Part shown: one piece after another, positions 62,455-64,000 of the stretch
Numbering within the stretch: position 1 is the first letter of the stretch
Layout: each line of letters begins with the position of its first letter
Source of the DNA: Eledone cirrhosa
Taxonomy: Eukaryota
NCBI GenBank assembly: GCA_964016885.1
Contig: OZ024741.1
Span: forward strand, 19,158,001-19,222,000
DNA: 64,000 nucleotides
Direction: 5' to 3'
The notes under the pieces: model-generated
Database searches by the model: none
Told to the model about the DNA's origin: nothing
The model's input: only the letters and a program-made list of their open reading frames with translations
Program-made: the position numbers and the translations under genes

Positions 62455-64000
<1,546 letters not shown>

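Overview
This is eukaryotic (animal) genomic DNA, AT-rich and full of microsatellites. The LINE/SINE repertoire suggests a mollusc, most likely an octopod cephalopod (inference only). The window holds the 3' part of one + strand protein-coding gene, an unconventional class V myosin. I traced 12 GT-AG exons from 9081 to the stop at 62026. They total 1522 coding nt, keep one reading frame and encode the distal coiled coil and the globular cargo-binding (DIL) tail. The introns are packed with degraded RTE-clade LINEs (two carry a PHD-like Cys/His finger in the RT C-terminus), two tRNA-type SINE families, TTAA- and TA-type MITEs, Helentron-like elements and many tandem arrays. The last intron (23.1 kb) is almost entirely a ~21 kb array of a 43-bp satellite containing an apparently exact 4,890-bp tandem duplication. 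The most interesting signals are: (i) three unannotated, frame-preserving candidate alternative exons (57, 18 and 12 nt) in the myosin tail; (ii) an Asn in place of the vertebrate RxRxxS phospho-serine, one A-to-I edit away from Ser; (iii) several Penelope-type minimal hammerhead ribozyme motifs, some inside long inverted repeats or palindromes; (iv) higher-order structure in the satellite. Almost all long ORFs in the supplied track are repeat artefacts. There is no CRISPR, rRNA or true tRNA.
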